Assembly (NCBI GenBank): GCA_029974275.1
Contig: JARKSN010000278.1
Span: 1-56,575 of the forward strand
Reading direction: 5' to 3'
Source of the DNA: Candidatus Hydrogenedentota bacterium
Lineage (GTDB): Bacteria > Hydrogenedentota > Hydrogenedentia > Hydrogenedentales > SLHB01
DNA length: 56,575 bases
Notes under the pieces: generated by a model
What the model was told of the DNA's origin: nothing
Databases searched by the model: none
What the model saw: only the letters and a program-made list of their open reading frames with translations
Made by a program: the position numbers and the translations under genes
Shown here: positions 28,363 through 40,958 of the stretch, in pieces
Layout of the letters: each line of letters begins with the position of its first letter
Numbering within the stretch: position 1 is the first letter of the stretch

Positions 28363-31155
28363 ATGAGCACTATCGATTATAAGTCCACGGTCAACTTGCC
28401 GGAAACGGATTTTCCGATGAAGGCCAGCTTGACGCAGCGCGAGCCGGAGATTCTGGCGCGGTGGGAGGCCGAGGGCCTCTACGCCCAGATGCGCGAACAG
28501 GGCAAGACGCGGCAACGCTACCTGCTTCATGACGGTCCTCCCTACGCTAACGGCGATCTCCACGCGGGACATGCGCTCAACAAAGTGCTGAAGGACATTG
28601 TGGTCAAATCGAAACAGATGTCTGGCTTCGACGCGCCCTTTGTTCCCGGCTGGGACTGCCACGGGCTGCCCATTGAGCATAAGGTGGTCAACGAACTTGG
28701 CGACAAGGCCAAGACGATGTCGCAGGTGGAGATTCGGCGTCAGTGCCGGGCGTTTGCGCTGCGGTATGTGGACCAGCACCGGCAGGGTTTCAAACGGCTG
28801 GGCGTGACCGGCGATTGGGAACGTCCGTATCTCACGTTGAGCCCTGAATACGTGGCGACGATTGTCCGCGTGTTTGGCGAGATGTACCTGAAGGGCGTGG
28901 TGTACAAGGGGCTCAAGCCCATTTACTGGTGCCCGTCGTGCGAGACGGCGTTGGCCGAGGCGGAAGTCGAGTACGCCAACCACGCCAGCCCGAGCGTGTA
29001 TGTGAAGTTCGAGGCCACCGACCCGATCCCCGGCGTCGAAGGCAAGGTCTCGTTTGTGATTTGGACGACCACCCCGTGGACCTTGCCCGCGAACCTCGCG
29101 ATCAGCGTCCATCCGGAATTCGAATACAGCGCCATCAAAATCGGCGATGAGACGTTGATCATGGCGAGCCTCCTTGCGCCGGGCGCGTTGGAGGCCTGCG
29201 GGATTCAAGAGTATACGCGCCTGAAGACTTTCGCCGGCGTCGAGCTTGAAGGCCTGCATTACCGGCACGTGTTCGCGCACGACCGGATTTGCCCGATTAT
29301 TTGCGGCGATCATGTCACGCTCGAAGCGGGCACGGGCTGCGTCCACACCGCGCCGGGGCATGGTCAAGAAGACTATGTGGTGGGTGCGCGTTATGGCATT
29401 GCGCCGTTTTCGCCGGTGGACCATCGCGGATGCTTCACGGCGGAGGGCGGGGCTTACGCGGGCCTGCATGTGTTCAAGGCGAACCCGCGCATCGTCGAGG
29501 ATTTGACAGTGCAGGGTTCGATGCTGGGTTCCAGCAAGATCGAACACTCGTATCCGCATTGTTGGCGGTGCAGCAAGCCGGTCATTTACCGGTCGACGCC
29601 GCAGTGGTTCATCAACGTCGATCACGAAGGTCTGCGCGACAAGTTGCTGGATGGCGTCAATCAGGTGACGTGGGTGCCGGATTGGGGCAAGGAACGCATT
29701 CATGGGATGATCGCCCAGCGCCCGGACTGGTGCATCAGCCGTCAGCGCGCGTGGGGCGTGCCGATTCCGGTGTTCTACTGCGCGTCCTGCCAGGAACCGC
29801 ATGCGACCGCCGCATCGTTGAAGAAGATTGAAGAGCTGGCCCTGAGCGCGGCGGACGGCATCGACCGTTGGTTCGATACGGCGGCTGCGCAACTTCTGCC
29901 CGCCGCCGCCACCTGCGCGAAGTGCGGCGGGACGGAATTTCGCACCGAGACGGATATCCTGGACGTGTGGTTCGACTCCGGCGTGAGCAATCGCGCGGTG
30001 TGCGAGCTGCGCCCGGAATTGGGCTGGACCGCCGACAAGTACCTCGAAGGCAGCGATCAACATCGCGGCTGGTTCCAGGCGTCGATCATCCCGTCGGTCG
30101 CCGTGAAGGGTTGCCCGCCGTATCGCACGGTCGTCACGCACGGCTACGTCGTCGATGGCGACGGCAAAAAGATGTCCAAGAAACTCGGCAATTCGATGGA
30201 CCTCAAGGACCTGACCGAGGGGTACGGCGCGGACATCGCACGGTTGTGGATTACGGGCGAGAATTACCGGCAAGACATCCGCGTGTCGAAGGAAATCCTT
30301 ACGCGCATGCAGGACGCCTATCGCCGCATCCGCAATACGTTTCGGTACATGCTGGCCAATCTCGGTGATTTTGGCCCGAACGACGCGGTGCCGTACGACC
30401 AATTGATGGATGTGGACCGCTGGGCGTTGCATCAGGCGCAGTTGCTGAAGCAGCGCATCCTGAAGGCGTACGAGACCTACGAGTTCCACCAGGTCTATCA
30501 CGCCGCGCACAACTTCTGCGCGGTCGAGATGAGTTCGTTCTACCTGGATATTTTGAAAGACCGCTTGTACACGTTTGCCAAGAATGCGCGGGAACGGCGC
30601 GCGGGCCAGACGGTGATGGCGGAGATCTTGACTGACCTGTTGCGGTTGTTGGCGCCGGTGTTGGTGTTCACGACGGACGAGGCGTGGCAGTATTTGCCGG
30701 CGCACTTGAAGACGGAGCCGTCGGTGCACTTGGCGACGTTCCCAGCGGTGAAGCAGGAGTATGTGTTGGCCGACGAGGCCCTCAGCGGGTGGGATGCATT
30801 GCTGCGCTTGCGGGGAGTCGTGTCCAAGGTGCTGGAAGAGGCGCGTCGCGCCAAGGCGATTGGCACTTCGCTCGAAGCAGAACTCGTTCTTGCGCCGGGC
30901 GATGCGGCGACGGAGTCGTTGCTGCGGGAATACGCGCCGCAGCTTCCGGGTATCTTTATCGTATCGAAATGCACGCTGGCTCCTGTTTCGAAGGAAGCCG
31001 CAGCGACGGAGGCCAAGCTTGTGGTGAGCGTTGCGCGCGCGCCCGGCGAAAAGTGCGTGCGCTGTTGGAATTACAAAGAGACTGTGGGAACGGTTTCGGA
31101 GCACCCGCTTCTCTGCGATCGGTGCGTGGACCAACTGGGAGAACTAGCAGGATGA
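28363..31155 (+). CDS. ileS: Isoleucine-tRNA ligase (type 1)
   Basis: HDGPPYANG, HAGH, WTTTPWT, GTGCVH, KMSK, C-terminal CVRCW..CDRC zinc finger. Confidence 0.98.
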   Translation: MSTIDYKSTVNLPETDFPMKASLTQREPEILARWEAEGLYAQMREQGKTRQRYLLHDGPPYANGDLHAGHALNKVLKDIVVKSKQMSGFDAPFVPGWDCHGLPIEHKVVNELGDKAKTMSQVEIRRQCRAFALRYVDQHRQGFKRLGVTGDWERPYLTLSPEYVATIVRVFGEMYLKGVVYKGLKPIYWCPSCETALAEAEVEYANHASPSVYVKFEATDPIPGVEGKVSFVIWTTTPWTLPANLAISVHPEFEYSAIKIGDETLIMASLLAPGALEACGIQEYTRLKTFAGVELEGLHYRHVFAHDRICPIICGDHVTLEAGTGCVHTAPGHGQEDYVVGARYGIAPFSPVDHRGCFTAEGGAYAGLHVFKANPRIVEDLTVQGSMLGSSKIEHSYPHCWRCSKPVIYRSTPQWFINVDHEGLRDKLLDGVNQVTWVPDWGKERIHGMIAQRPDWCISRQRAWGVPIPVFYCASCQEPHATAASLKKIEELALSAADGIDRWFDTAAAQLLPAAATCAKCGGTEFRTETDILDVWFDSGVSNRAVCELRPELGWTADKYLEGSDQHRGWFQASIIPSVAVKGCPPYRTVVTHGYVVDGDGKKMSKKLGNSMDLKDLTEGYGADIARLWITGENYRQDIRVSKEILTRMQDAYRRIRNTFRYMLANLGDFGPNDAVPYDQLMDVDRWALHQAQLLKQRILKAYETYEFHQVYHAAHNFCAVEMSSFYLDILKDRLYTFAKNARERRAGQTVMAEILTDLLRLLAPVLVFTTDEAWQYLPAHLKTEPSVHLATFPAVKQEYVLADEALSGWDALLRLRGVVSKVLEEARRAKAIGTSLEAELVLAPGDAATESLLREYAPQLPGIFIVSKCTLAPVSKEAAATEAKLVVSVARAPGEKCVRCWNYKETVGTVSEHPLLCDRCVDQLGELAG

Positions 31156-31529
31156 ATAGCAAGGAAGCCAAGAAATTCGAGAAGCTCCTCCTGGCCGAGC
31201 GCGACCGTTTGAGCGAGGGTCTGCGGCGCATTGAAGAGGCTACGTTGTATCAGCCCGCTAGCGAGAACTTCACCGATGCGGCCAATGCCGCCGAAGTGGG
31301 GACCGACCATTTCGACCGCGAGACGGCGCTGACCATTGCCAGCGGCGAATCCGAGACGTTGATGGAGATCACGGAGGCGCTCGAGCGCGTGAAATCCGGC
31401 GGCTACGGCGTTTGCGAGGGTTGTCAGAAGGAGATACCGCGCAAGCGTTTGGAAGTCTTTCCCGCCGCGCGGTTTTGCATTGCGTGTCAATCGGAGTTTG
31501 AACGGAAGGAAATGCGTCGCGGGCGATAG
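31152..31529 (+). CDS. TraR/DksA C4 zinc-finger regulator
   Basis: YGVCEGC..I..KRLEVFPAARFCIAC; ATGA overlap with ileS. Confidence 0.9.
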   Translation: MNSKEAKKFEKLLLAERDRLSEGLRRIEEATLYQPASENFTDAANAAEVGTDHFDRETALTIASGESETLMEITEALERVKSGGYGVCEGCQKEIPRKRLEVFPAARFCIACQSEFERKEMRRGR

Positions 31530-31566
31530 GCCGCGCCACGTGTCAGCGTTTGTCGAAACGGAGCCT

Positions 31567-32085
31567 ATGTCACAACGCGCGCAACAACTGATTTGGATTG
31601 TCGCCGCCGCCTTTGCGGTCGCGGCGGTCGATCAGATCACCAAATTCATTATCATTCGCGCCATTCCGTATGGCAGCGTCACGTTCGAAGGCCGCGAGGC
31701 GGTTTTTTTCTTTTTCACACACGAACGGAACACGGGCTTGATGGGGGGGATGCTTCATCATAAGCCGCTATTGGTCATGATTGCGCCGTTGGCGGCGATA
31801 GCCGTGCTGGCGTATTTGTTTCGTCATCTCAATGCCGGTTCGCGGGTGCAGTCGTTGGCGTACGGTTTTGTGGCGGGCGGGGCGATCGGCAATCTCATTG
31901 ATCGGTTTTTCCGCGGCAGCGTGGTTGATTTTCTTCAGTTCCATTTTTATTTTATTCCTTTCGAGTTTCCCTGGAAGCGGTATCCTGCGTTCAACGTTGC
32001 GGACAGCGCCATTTGCACGGGGGTATTTTTGCTGATAGTGACGTGGTATTGGTTGGATAGGCCCCATGTTTCCCGAACTGTTTAG
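31567..32085 (+). CDS. lspA: Lipoprotein signal peptidase II
   Basis: DQITK, NTG, GAIGNLIDR, VVDF, FNVADSAI. Confidence 0.96.
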   Translation: MSQRAQQLIWIVAAAFAVAAVDQITKFIIIRAIPYGSVTFEGREAVFFFFTHERNTGLMGGMLHHKPLLVMIAPLAAIAVLAYLFRHLNAGSRVQSLAYGFVAGGAIGNLIDRFFRGSVVDFLQFHFYFIPFEFPWKRYPAFNVADSAICTGVFLLIVTWYWLDRPHVSRTV

Positions 32086-32950
32086 GCTGCCTTTGCCGTT
32101 TGGATGGGGCGCGGTTCCTTTTCACACCTATGGGTTGATGTTGGCCATTGGCTTTCTTGTCGGCGTGTATGGCATGCAGCGTGACGCGCGCAAAGCGGGC
32201 ATCAACCCTGATCACATTTCAAACATGGCGTTTTGGTCGTTGTTGCTGGGGATTGCGGGGGCGCGGTTCGCGTATATCGTGATGTACCGCGACACGTTTT
32301 CCTGGTCCAGTCCTCTCGGATGGTTTGCGTTGTGGGAAGGCGGGTTGGTGTTTCAGGGGGCCATTTTGCCGGTCATTGCGTGCTGTTTCGTCTACATCCG
32401 CCGATACAGACTGGATTTTTTTGGCATTTCCGATGCCGTCATGCCGTATATTCCGTTGGGTCACGCTTTTGGACGTCTTGGATGTTTTGCATACGGTTGT
32501 TGTTATGGGTGTCGCACGTCGTTGTTTTGGGGCGTGCGTTTTCCCGCATGGCCGGCTCCGGGTTCTGATGCGGCGCCGGAAGGCAGCCCTGCTTTTGTCG
32601 ATCATTTGAGCCGGGGCTGGGTGGCGATGGGGGACGCGTGGTCGCTGCCCGTTCATCCTGTTCAGGTGTATGGTTCGGCGGGTCTTGTGGCGCTGTGTCT
32701 TGTGCTGTTGTGGCTTCGCAAGCGATGGAATCCCTTTCCGGGATTTTTGTTTTGTATGTATTTTCAGATGTATGGCGTCGCGCGTTTTTTCACGGAATTT
32801 CTCCGCGCCGATCATAACCCGACGCATTTTGGGGGCGTTCTCACCGATCAGCAGGTGTTCGCGCTTTTTGGTTTTGCGGCGATGTTTGTCCTGATGGGAT
32901 ATCTCCGCCGCAGGCATGCGGGGAGATCGGGCAAGCCGAAGGCCGCATGA
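32066..32950 (+). CDS. lgt: Prolipoprotein diacylglyceryl transferase
   Basis: YGLM, GAR, EGGLVFQG, GRLGCF, HPVQ, RFFTEFLR. Confidence 0.94.
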   Translation: MFPELFRLPLPFGWGAVPFHTYGLMLAIGFLVGVYGMQRDARKAGINPDHISNMAFWSLLLGIAGARFAYIVMYRDTFSWSSPLGWFALWEGGLVFQGAILPVIACCFVYIRRYRLDFFGISDAVMPYIPLGHAFGRLGCFAYGCCYGCRTSLFWGVRFPAWPAPGSDAAPEGSPAFVDHLSRGWVAMGDAWSLPVHPVQVYGSAGLVALCLVLLWLRKRWNPFPGFLFCMYFQMYGVARFFTEFLRADHNPTHFGGVLTDQQVFALFGFAAMFVLMGYLRRRHAGRSGKPKAA

Positions 32951-32986
32951 AGCGGGCGGGGAAGGGCTGTATCCGGATGTTTGTCG

Positions 32987-33721
32987 TTACGGCGTTCGCT
33001 GTTCTGCTTTGATGCGATCGGCCCATCGTTTTTGAAACGTCGCGCATGCGCGATCCACCGCCGAGAGCCCCCGGGCAATCGCCGTTTTGAGGCGTTCTTG
33101 GTTCGTTCCGCCGCTTTGCCGGCAACACGTCTCGTAGAGGTTGAGCAATTGTTCCACTTCGCCCAAGGTGAGCGTCATCAATTTTTCGGCAGATAGTTTT
33201 TTAATCAGTTGTTGGATGTGTTCCGCGGTAAAGTCTTGGGGCGACGCGGCGGGTTGCGGGGTTGTCGTTTTGGCGGGGGCGTCGGCGGGGCGCGTTGGCG
33301 GGGCAGGGGCCGATGTCATGGGGCCATGCTTCAGTTCGTACTCTTGTAGCAATGCGATGTCTTCGGGCGCAAGCATCGCCAGTTCTTCGACGGACATGTC
33401 GTTCACGACGCGCCATGCCAGCTCGGCCAATTGGCGATCGCGCGCGGTTTCGTCCTCGATGTATTCTTTGAGTTTCAGTTTCTTTTCGTGAATTTCGATG
33501 GCGCAGGATGCCTCGTGCCGGTGGGCTTTTTCGTATTCCTCCTCGAGTCTTTTGATAATCGTCGTCCATTTGCGGGCTTTTTCGGGGTCTGCCATGTCTT
33601 TTCGGTATTCCGCGTCGGCTCGCTTCATTCGTTCGCGCACGTCTGCCAGGATCTGGACGGCTGTTGCATGTTCGTGTTCTCGTTCCTGGATTTTTTTCTC
33701 CAGGTAGTCTTGAATGGCCAT
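32987..33721 (-). CDS. Hypothetical protein (N-terminal coiled coil, Pro/Ala linker, helical C-terminal domain)
   Basis: Charged helical open frame with GGGAGG RBS; no recognised motif. Confidence 0.7.
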   Translation of the reverse strand: MAIQDYLEKKIQEREHEHATAVQILADVRERMKRADAEYRKDMADPEKARKWTTIIKRLEEEYEKAHRHEASCAIEIHEKKLKLKEYIEDETARDRQLAELAWRVVNDMSVEELAMLAPEDIALLQEYELKHGPMTSAPAPPTRPADAPAKTTTPQPAASPQDFTAEHIQQLIKKLSAEKLMTLTLGEVEQLLNLYETCCRQSGGTNQERLKTAIARGLSAVDRACATFQKRWADRIKAEQRTP

Positions 33722-33832
33722 TCTTTTTCCCTCCCACATGATTTTACATTACTTTTCGCGTTTTTCCTAGTGATGGCGCTGGAAGAATGCGGGGGGCGCC
33801 GACGTGTGGGGCGTGTCTGAGAGGCGCGCCCG

Positions 33833-33861
33833 TTGCCGGAGGTGAGGGCGTCTGCTATACT
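33833..33861 (+). promoter_or_regulatory. Putative sigma70 promoter of pilT
   Basis: TTGCCG-N17-TATACT with TG extension. Confidence 0.55.
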
Positions 33862-33960
33862 TTTGGGCACAGGCTCCGGGGCGTAGGCGCGGTGCGCGCC
33901 GCTTGCGTAGGTTTGTGACTCCCACGTTTTCCTCGTGGCCGCAACCAAAGGCGGGTTTGG

Positions 33961-35058
33961 ATGTTCACGCTTCAGAAGATATTGGCGTATGCGGTGAAGA
34001 ATGGGGCCAGCGACATACATCTTACTGTCGGGAGCCCGCCGGCCGTCCGTATTGATGGCATCATTCGTTTTGTGGGGGAGGAGGCTCTGGGTCCGGATGA
34101 TACGATGGCGTTTTTGGATGATTTGTTGACGCCGGAGCGCAAGGCGCGATTTTTGGAGACGGGCGATGCTGATTTGGCGCACAGTGTGGCGGGGTTGGGC
34201 CGGTTTCGCGTGAATTGTTTGTTGCAGCGCGGGTCGGTGGGAATCATTTTGCGGCATGTCAAGGCCAAGATTTTGAATTTTGAGGAGTTGAACCTTCCGC
34301 CGGTCATGGAGAAGATCGCGCAGATTCCGCGCGGGCTTGTGTTGGTCACGGGCACGACGGGCAGCGGCAAGTCGACGACGCTTGCGTCGATCATTGATCT
34401 TATCAATCGCAATCGGCGTTGTCATATCGTTACGCTCGAAGATCCGATTGAGTATCTTCACGTGAACAAGAAGAGCATTATCACGCAGCGCGAGATACAT
34501 CTTGACACGCACGATTTTTCGACGGCGCTTCGGGCGGCCATGCGGGAGGACCCGGATGTGATTCTTGTGGGCGAGATGCGCGATGCCGAGACGTTTCAGG
34601 CCGCCATTTCCGCGGCGGAGACGGGGCATTTGGTGTTCAGCACGTTGCATACGACGAATGCGATGTTGTCGATGGATCGCATTTTGGATTTGTTTCCGTC
34701 CACGCAGCAGTCGCAGGTGCGATCGCAGTTGGCGTTGCAGCTTCGCGCGTGCATTTCGCAGCGTCTCATCATCAGTTTTGACGGCAAGGGCCGGGTGCCC
34801 GCCGTTGAGGTGTTGCTTGCGAATCCGGCCATTGCCCAGCTCATTCGCGAGAATGAGATGAAGCAGATTCCCATTGCGATCGCGGGCGGCAGGGAGGATG
34901 GCATGCAGACTTTCAACATGAGTCTGGTGGACTTGGTGAAGCGCAAGCTTATCACCGAGGAAGAGGCCATATGGAACTCGGACAATCCGGACGAGCTCAA
35001 GATGAATCTGCAGGGCATTTTCCTGAGTCAGAGCCGCGGCGGCATTTTGAAGCGGTGA
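33961..35058 (+). CDS. pilT: Type IV pilus retraction ATPase, PilT/PilU family
   Basis: ASDIHL, GTTGSGKST, TLEDPIE, REDPDVILVGEMRD, AETGHLVFSTLH, AIAQLIRE. Confidence 0.9.
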   Translation: MFTLQKILAYAVKNGASDIHLTVGSPPAVRIDGIIRFVGEEALGPDDTMAFLDDLLTPERKARFLETGDADLAHSVAGLGRFRVNCLLQRGSVGIILRHVKAKILNFEELNLPPVMEKIAQIPRGLVLVTGTTGSGKSTTLASIIDLINRNRRCHIVTLEDPIEYLHVNKKSIITQREIHLDTHDFSTALRAAMREDPDVILVGEMRDAETFQAAISAAETGHLVFSTLHTTNAMLSMDRILDLFPSTQQSQVRSQLALQLRACISQRLIISFDGKGRVPAVEVLLANPAIAQLIRENEMKQIPIAIAGGREDGMQTFNMSLVDLVKRKLITEEEAIWNSDNPDELKMNLQGIFLSQSRGGILKR

Positions 35059-36821
35059 TGATGGGCGGGGCGTGGTCGTTTTTGCGGTCGCGGTCGTTGT
35101 TTGCGCCTGCGTTGTTGCTGGTGGCGGGGACGTTGTTGCTGGTGAGCCCGCGCGGCGATTTCGCGTTGAACGATGACTGGGTGTATGCGAAGGCTGTGCA
35201 GTCGTTTCTCGACACGGGGCGTTTTCAGCAGCACCCGTATGCGGCTTCCATTGCCGTCGGCATGCAGTTGTACGGCTCGGTTTGGGCGAAGGCGTTTGGG
35301 TTCAGCTACACGGCGTTGCGGTTGTCCACGTTGTCGTGTCTGGTGATTTGTTTGTGGGCGATTGCTCGTTGCGCTGTTGCAATGGGGATGTCTCGCGCCG
35401 CGGCGCTTGTTTGCGGCGGGCTTGTGGCGTGCAACCCTATCGTCATCAATCTTTCTTATACGTTTATGACGGATGTGCCGTTCATGACGGCTGCGGGGCT
35501 TGCGACGTTGTTTGCGTTGCGGGCGTTGAAGGGGGGGCGGGCCAGGGACTATGCGCTGGCTGGTTTATTTTGCGTGTTGGCGTCGTTCATCCGGCAGTTT
35601 GGCGTTATTTTGGCGATAGCGTTTGTGATTGCGTTGGCGGCGCGTTGGCGTCGCACGGGCGAGCGGGTTTCGGCACGGGCGTTGGCGGCGGGCGTTGTTC
35701 CTTTTGTTGTGGGGGCGGCGCTTCTTTGGGTGTATGTCAGGACTCAGACCAATGCGATTGCGCCGGGCGGCGGTTCGAGCGTGTGGACGGTTGGCGCGTG
35801 GTTTTCGAAGACGCCGCAGTATGTGGGCATAGCGGCTTTGTATGGGGGGCTTTTTACGTTGCCTGTTTTTTTCTCGCGCGCCGGTCTTTTGATCGCGCGC
35901 GGGGAGACGTGGGGCTGGGGGCGTTGGGTTGTTTTTGGGGCGTTTTGCGCGATGGTGCAGGCGTTGGCGTGTCCGACGTGGGGGCATCGTTTGCCGCTTC
36001 TTCCGAATATTCTGCGTGATTTGGGGTCTGGCCCGCTCACGTTTCGCGATGTATATTTTTGGAATCCTGGTTGGTCGCCTGTTTGGATTGGAGAGTGGTG
36101 GCGGCCCATTACGTGGTTGTCGGTTCTGGCGGCGGGGCTTGTGCTTACCGATATGGCGTGGCAGGGAGCGTCCGCTTTGCGGCGGGGCTTGGTTGGGGTG
36201 AATCCGAAGAAGCGGGGGAGGAAGCGCGATGTCGGGAAGGCGGGGATCGCCGCGGCTTCGCCGCTTCATGATCAGCGTTTGTTTTTGATTCTTGTGGTGA
36301 TGGGGATGACGTTGGCGCAGTTCAATCCGGTTTGGCCGACGATTCTCGATCGGTATTTGCTTACGATGCTCGCGCCGCTTGCGTTGATTGTGTGTCAGGG
36401 GTTGCGCGGGCGGGCCAGTCATGCGGTTGCGGCGGCGGGGTGTTTTCTTGTGTATCTGTTTTCGGTGGCGGCGCTTCAGGATTACATGGCTTGGAATCAT
36501 GCGAAGTGGGGCGCGATTGAGGAGTTGTTGCATGTGAGGAAGGTGGACCCGTTCCGGATCGACGGGGGGTATGAGTATAACGGCATGTACACGAGCGATG
36601 CGTTTCGGGAGCTGGCGAAGTCGAACGCTCAGGGGCCGATGGGCCAGTATTTGTTTGATGATACGTATGCGTTGTCGTTTCAGGCTCGCGAGGATTACGA
36701 GGAGATTGGGCGCGCGCCGTATTTTTCGTGGTTGGACATGCAGTCGCATGCTCTTTTGGTGTTGCGGCGCACGAAGCCGTCGCCGCATTCGTTGTTGCCG
36801 CCGTTGTCAGGCGCGCCCTGA
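35058..36821 (+). CDS. GT-C fold (ArnT/PMT-like) membrane glycosyltransferase
   Basis: LNDDWVY acidic loop after TM1, many TM segments, FMTDVPF, DRY. Confidence 0.75.
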   Translation: MMGGAWSFLRSRSLFAPALLLVAGTLLLVSPRGDFALNDDWVYAKAVQSFLDTGRFQQHPYAASIAVGMQLYGSVWAKAFGFSYTALRLSTLSCLVICLWAIARCAVAMGMSRAAALVCGGLVACNPIVINLSYTFMTDVPFMTAAGLATLFALRALKGGRARDYALAGLFCVLASFIRQFGVILAIAFVIALAARWRRTGERVSARALAAGVVPFVVGAALLWVYVRTQTNAIAPGGGSSVWTVGAWFSKTPQYVGIAALYGGLFTLPVFFSRAGLLIARGETWGWGRWVVFGAFCAMVQALACPTWGHRLPLLPNILRDLGSGPLTFRDVYFWNPGWSPVWIGEWWRPITWLSVLAAGLVLTDMAWQGASALRRGLVGVNPKKRGRKRDVGKAGIAAASPLHDQRLFLILVVMGMTLAQFNPVWPTILDRYLLTMLAPLALIVCQGLRGRASHAVAAAGCFLVYLFSVAALQDYMAWNHAKWGAIEELLHVRKVDPFRIDGGYEYNGMYTSDAFRELAKSNAQGPMGQYLFDDTYALSFQAREDYEEIGRAPYFSWLDMQSHALLVLRRTKPSPHSLLPPLSGAP

Positions 36822-38618
36822 TCGGATGACGAAGAGGGCTTCGTCGGCCAGGAGGTTGGGGCAGGCGCGGACGGGGCCGCGTCCGGCCAGCGCCAGTTCG
36901 AGTTCGATGGCGATGTCGTGGGAGGCGCAGTAGTCGCGGAAGTCTTTGATGGATAGCACGTGTCGGTTGGGGCTGGTGTGCCATGCGAAGGGCAGGCTTC
37001 GGGTGACGGGGGCTTTGCCGAGGAGCATGGTTTTGGCGCGCACTTTCCAGTAGCCGAAGTTGGGGAAACTGATGATGCATTTTTTTCCGGCGCGCAGCAT
37101 TTCCGCTAGCACGAAGCCTGGTTTTTCGATGACTTGCAGCGTCATGCTGAGGATCACGTAGTCGTATGATTTGTCGGGAATGGCCGAGAGGCCTTTGTCG
37201 ACGTCCGCCTGGACGACGCTTATGCCTCGTCGCACGCAGCTGATGGCGTTTCCTTGGGAGAGTTCGATTCCCATACCGTTGACGCGTTTGCGCGCGATCA
37301 GTTTATGCAGGAGTTCGCCGTCGCCGCAGCCGATGTCCAGCGCCCGGCTTCCCTCGGGCACGAGGTCGACGATGAGGTCGTAGTCGATGCGGTGTCCTTC
37401 GTAGATGCTGTCGTTGGACGAGGCCGGCGGTCCGATGTCGGTGTCTGAATTCGTGTCGATGGGTTCTGTCCGGTAGACGCGTTGTTCGTCATAGGCGTGG
37501 TCGATAAAGCCGCTTAGCAGCTTCGTCATGATTTTTTTTTCGAGCAGGAAGGCGTCGTGGCCGTAGTCGGATTGAATGTTGTTGTAGGTGACGTCTTTTT
37601 TTTGTCGCAGCAGCGCGTCGACGATGAGTTGGGATTGGTAGGGCGGATAGAGCCAATCGGAGGAGTAGGACAGGACCATGGTTTTGGCTTTTACGCGGGC
37701 CATGGCTTCGTCCAGCGATCCGTATGGCGCGGCGATGTCGAAGTAGTTGATGGCTTTTGTGATGTACAGGTAGCTGTTTGCGTCGAAGCGGTTCACGAAC
37801 TGTTCGCCTTGGTAGTCCAGGTAGGTTTCGACCGAGAACTCGCTTTTGAAGTCGTAGCTGTATGTGTCTTGGCCGCGCAGGGTGCGTCCGAATTTGATGC
37901 GCATGGATTGGTCGGACAGGTAGGTGATGTGTCCGAGCATGCGGGCAATCGCCAGGCCGGTGTCGGGGGATGCTTTGTCGTAGTAGTCTCCGTTTTCGAA
38001 TGCGGCGTCGGCTTGAATCGCGTGTCGTCCGACGGCGTCGAAGGCGAGCGCTTGGGGGCTGAGGACGGGGGTGCTGGCGATCACGATGGCCGCGCGCACC
38101 ATGTCGGGGTAGCGCGTCATCCATTCCAGGGTTTGCATGCCGCCCATGGAGCCGCCCGCGACGCAGAGCAGTTGTTCGATGCCCAGGTGTTCGATGAGCT
38201 GTTTTTGGGCGCGCACCATGTCGCCGATGGTGATGATGGGAAAGCGCAGGCCGTAGGGTTTTCCGGTTTGGGGATCGATGCTCGAGGGTCCGGTGGATCC
38301 TTTGCAGCCGCCGAGCACGTTTGAGCAGATGACGCAGTATTTGCGGGTGTCGAAGCCTTTTCCAGGGCCGATCATCATGTCCCACCATCCCGGTTTGAGG
38401 TCGGCTCCGGTGTGGTAGCCGGCGGCGTGGGCGTCGCCGGATAGGGCGTGCACGATGAGAATGGCGTTGGATCGGTCGGCGTTCAGCTCGCCGTAGGTTT
38501 CGTACGCCAGCGTAATGGGGCCGAGTCTGCGTCCGCAGTCGAGTTCCATTTCGTTGGGCGGCGCGCCGAACGTGAATTGTTTTGTTTCGACGATGCCTAC
38601 GGAGCCTTCTTCGTGCAT
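36807..38618 (-). CDS. metX: Homoserine O-acyltransferase MetX fused to a MetW SAM-methyltransferase-like domain
   Basis: HALSGD, GGCKGSTGP, GGSMGG, RFDANSY, GHDAFL; then LDIGCGDG and SFPNFGYW. Confidence 0.93.
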   Translation of the reverse strand: MHEEGSVGIVETKQFTFGAPPNEMELDCGRRLGPITLAYETYGELNADRSNAILIVHALSGDAHAAGYHTGADLKPGWWDMMIGPGKGFDTRKYCVICSNVLGGCKGSTGPSSIDPQTGKPYGLRFPIITIGDMVRAQKQLIEHLGIEQLLCVAGGSMGGMQTLEWMTRYPDMVRAAIVIASTPVLSPQALAFDAVGRHAIQADAAFENGDYYDKASPDTGLAIARMLGHITYLSDQSMRIKFGRTLRGQDTYSYDFKSEFSVETYLDYQGEQFVNRFDANSYLYITKAINYFDIAAPYGSLDEAMARVKAKTMVLSYSSDWLYPPYQSQLIVDALLRQKKDVTYNNIQSDYGHDAFLLEKKIMTKLLSGFIDHAYDEQRVYRTEPIDTNSDTDIGPPASSNDSIYEGHRIDYDLIVDLVPEGSRALDIGCGDGELLHKLIARKRVNGMGIELSQGNAISCVRRGISVVQADVDKGLSAIPDKSYDYVILSMTLQVIEKPGFVLAEMLRAGKKCIISFPNFGYWKVRAKTMLLGKAPVTRSLPFAWHTSPNRHVLSIKDFRDYCASHDIAIELELALAGRGPVRACPNLLADEALFVIRSGRA

Positions 38619-38643
38619 ACGGCTGAACGGTGTCCTGTGTGGT

Positions 38644-40879
<2,236 letters not shown>

Positions 40880-40958
40880 CGTTTGTTTGCGCCTCCTTGC
40901 GCCGTTGCTTTTTGGAAGCGGCTATGTCATTTTTTGTTGGGGGACATGGTGAATGTGC

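Noticed and set aside
28183..31134. 983-aa antisense ORF, and similar ones at 43768-46173, 47806-49392, 23314-24867 and 15588-17219
   Set aside because: Shadow frames opposite well-supported genes, expected in high-GC DNA
40880..40958. SAM riboswitch before cysK-metY-metX
   Set aside because: Leader is short and lacks recognisable SAM riboswitch motifs
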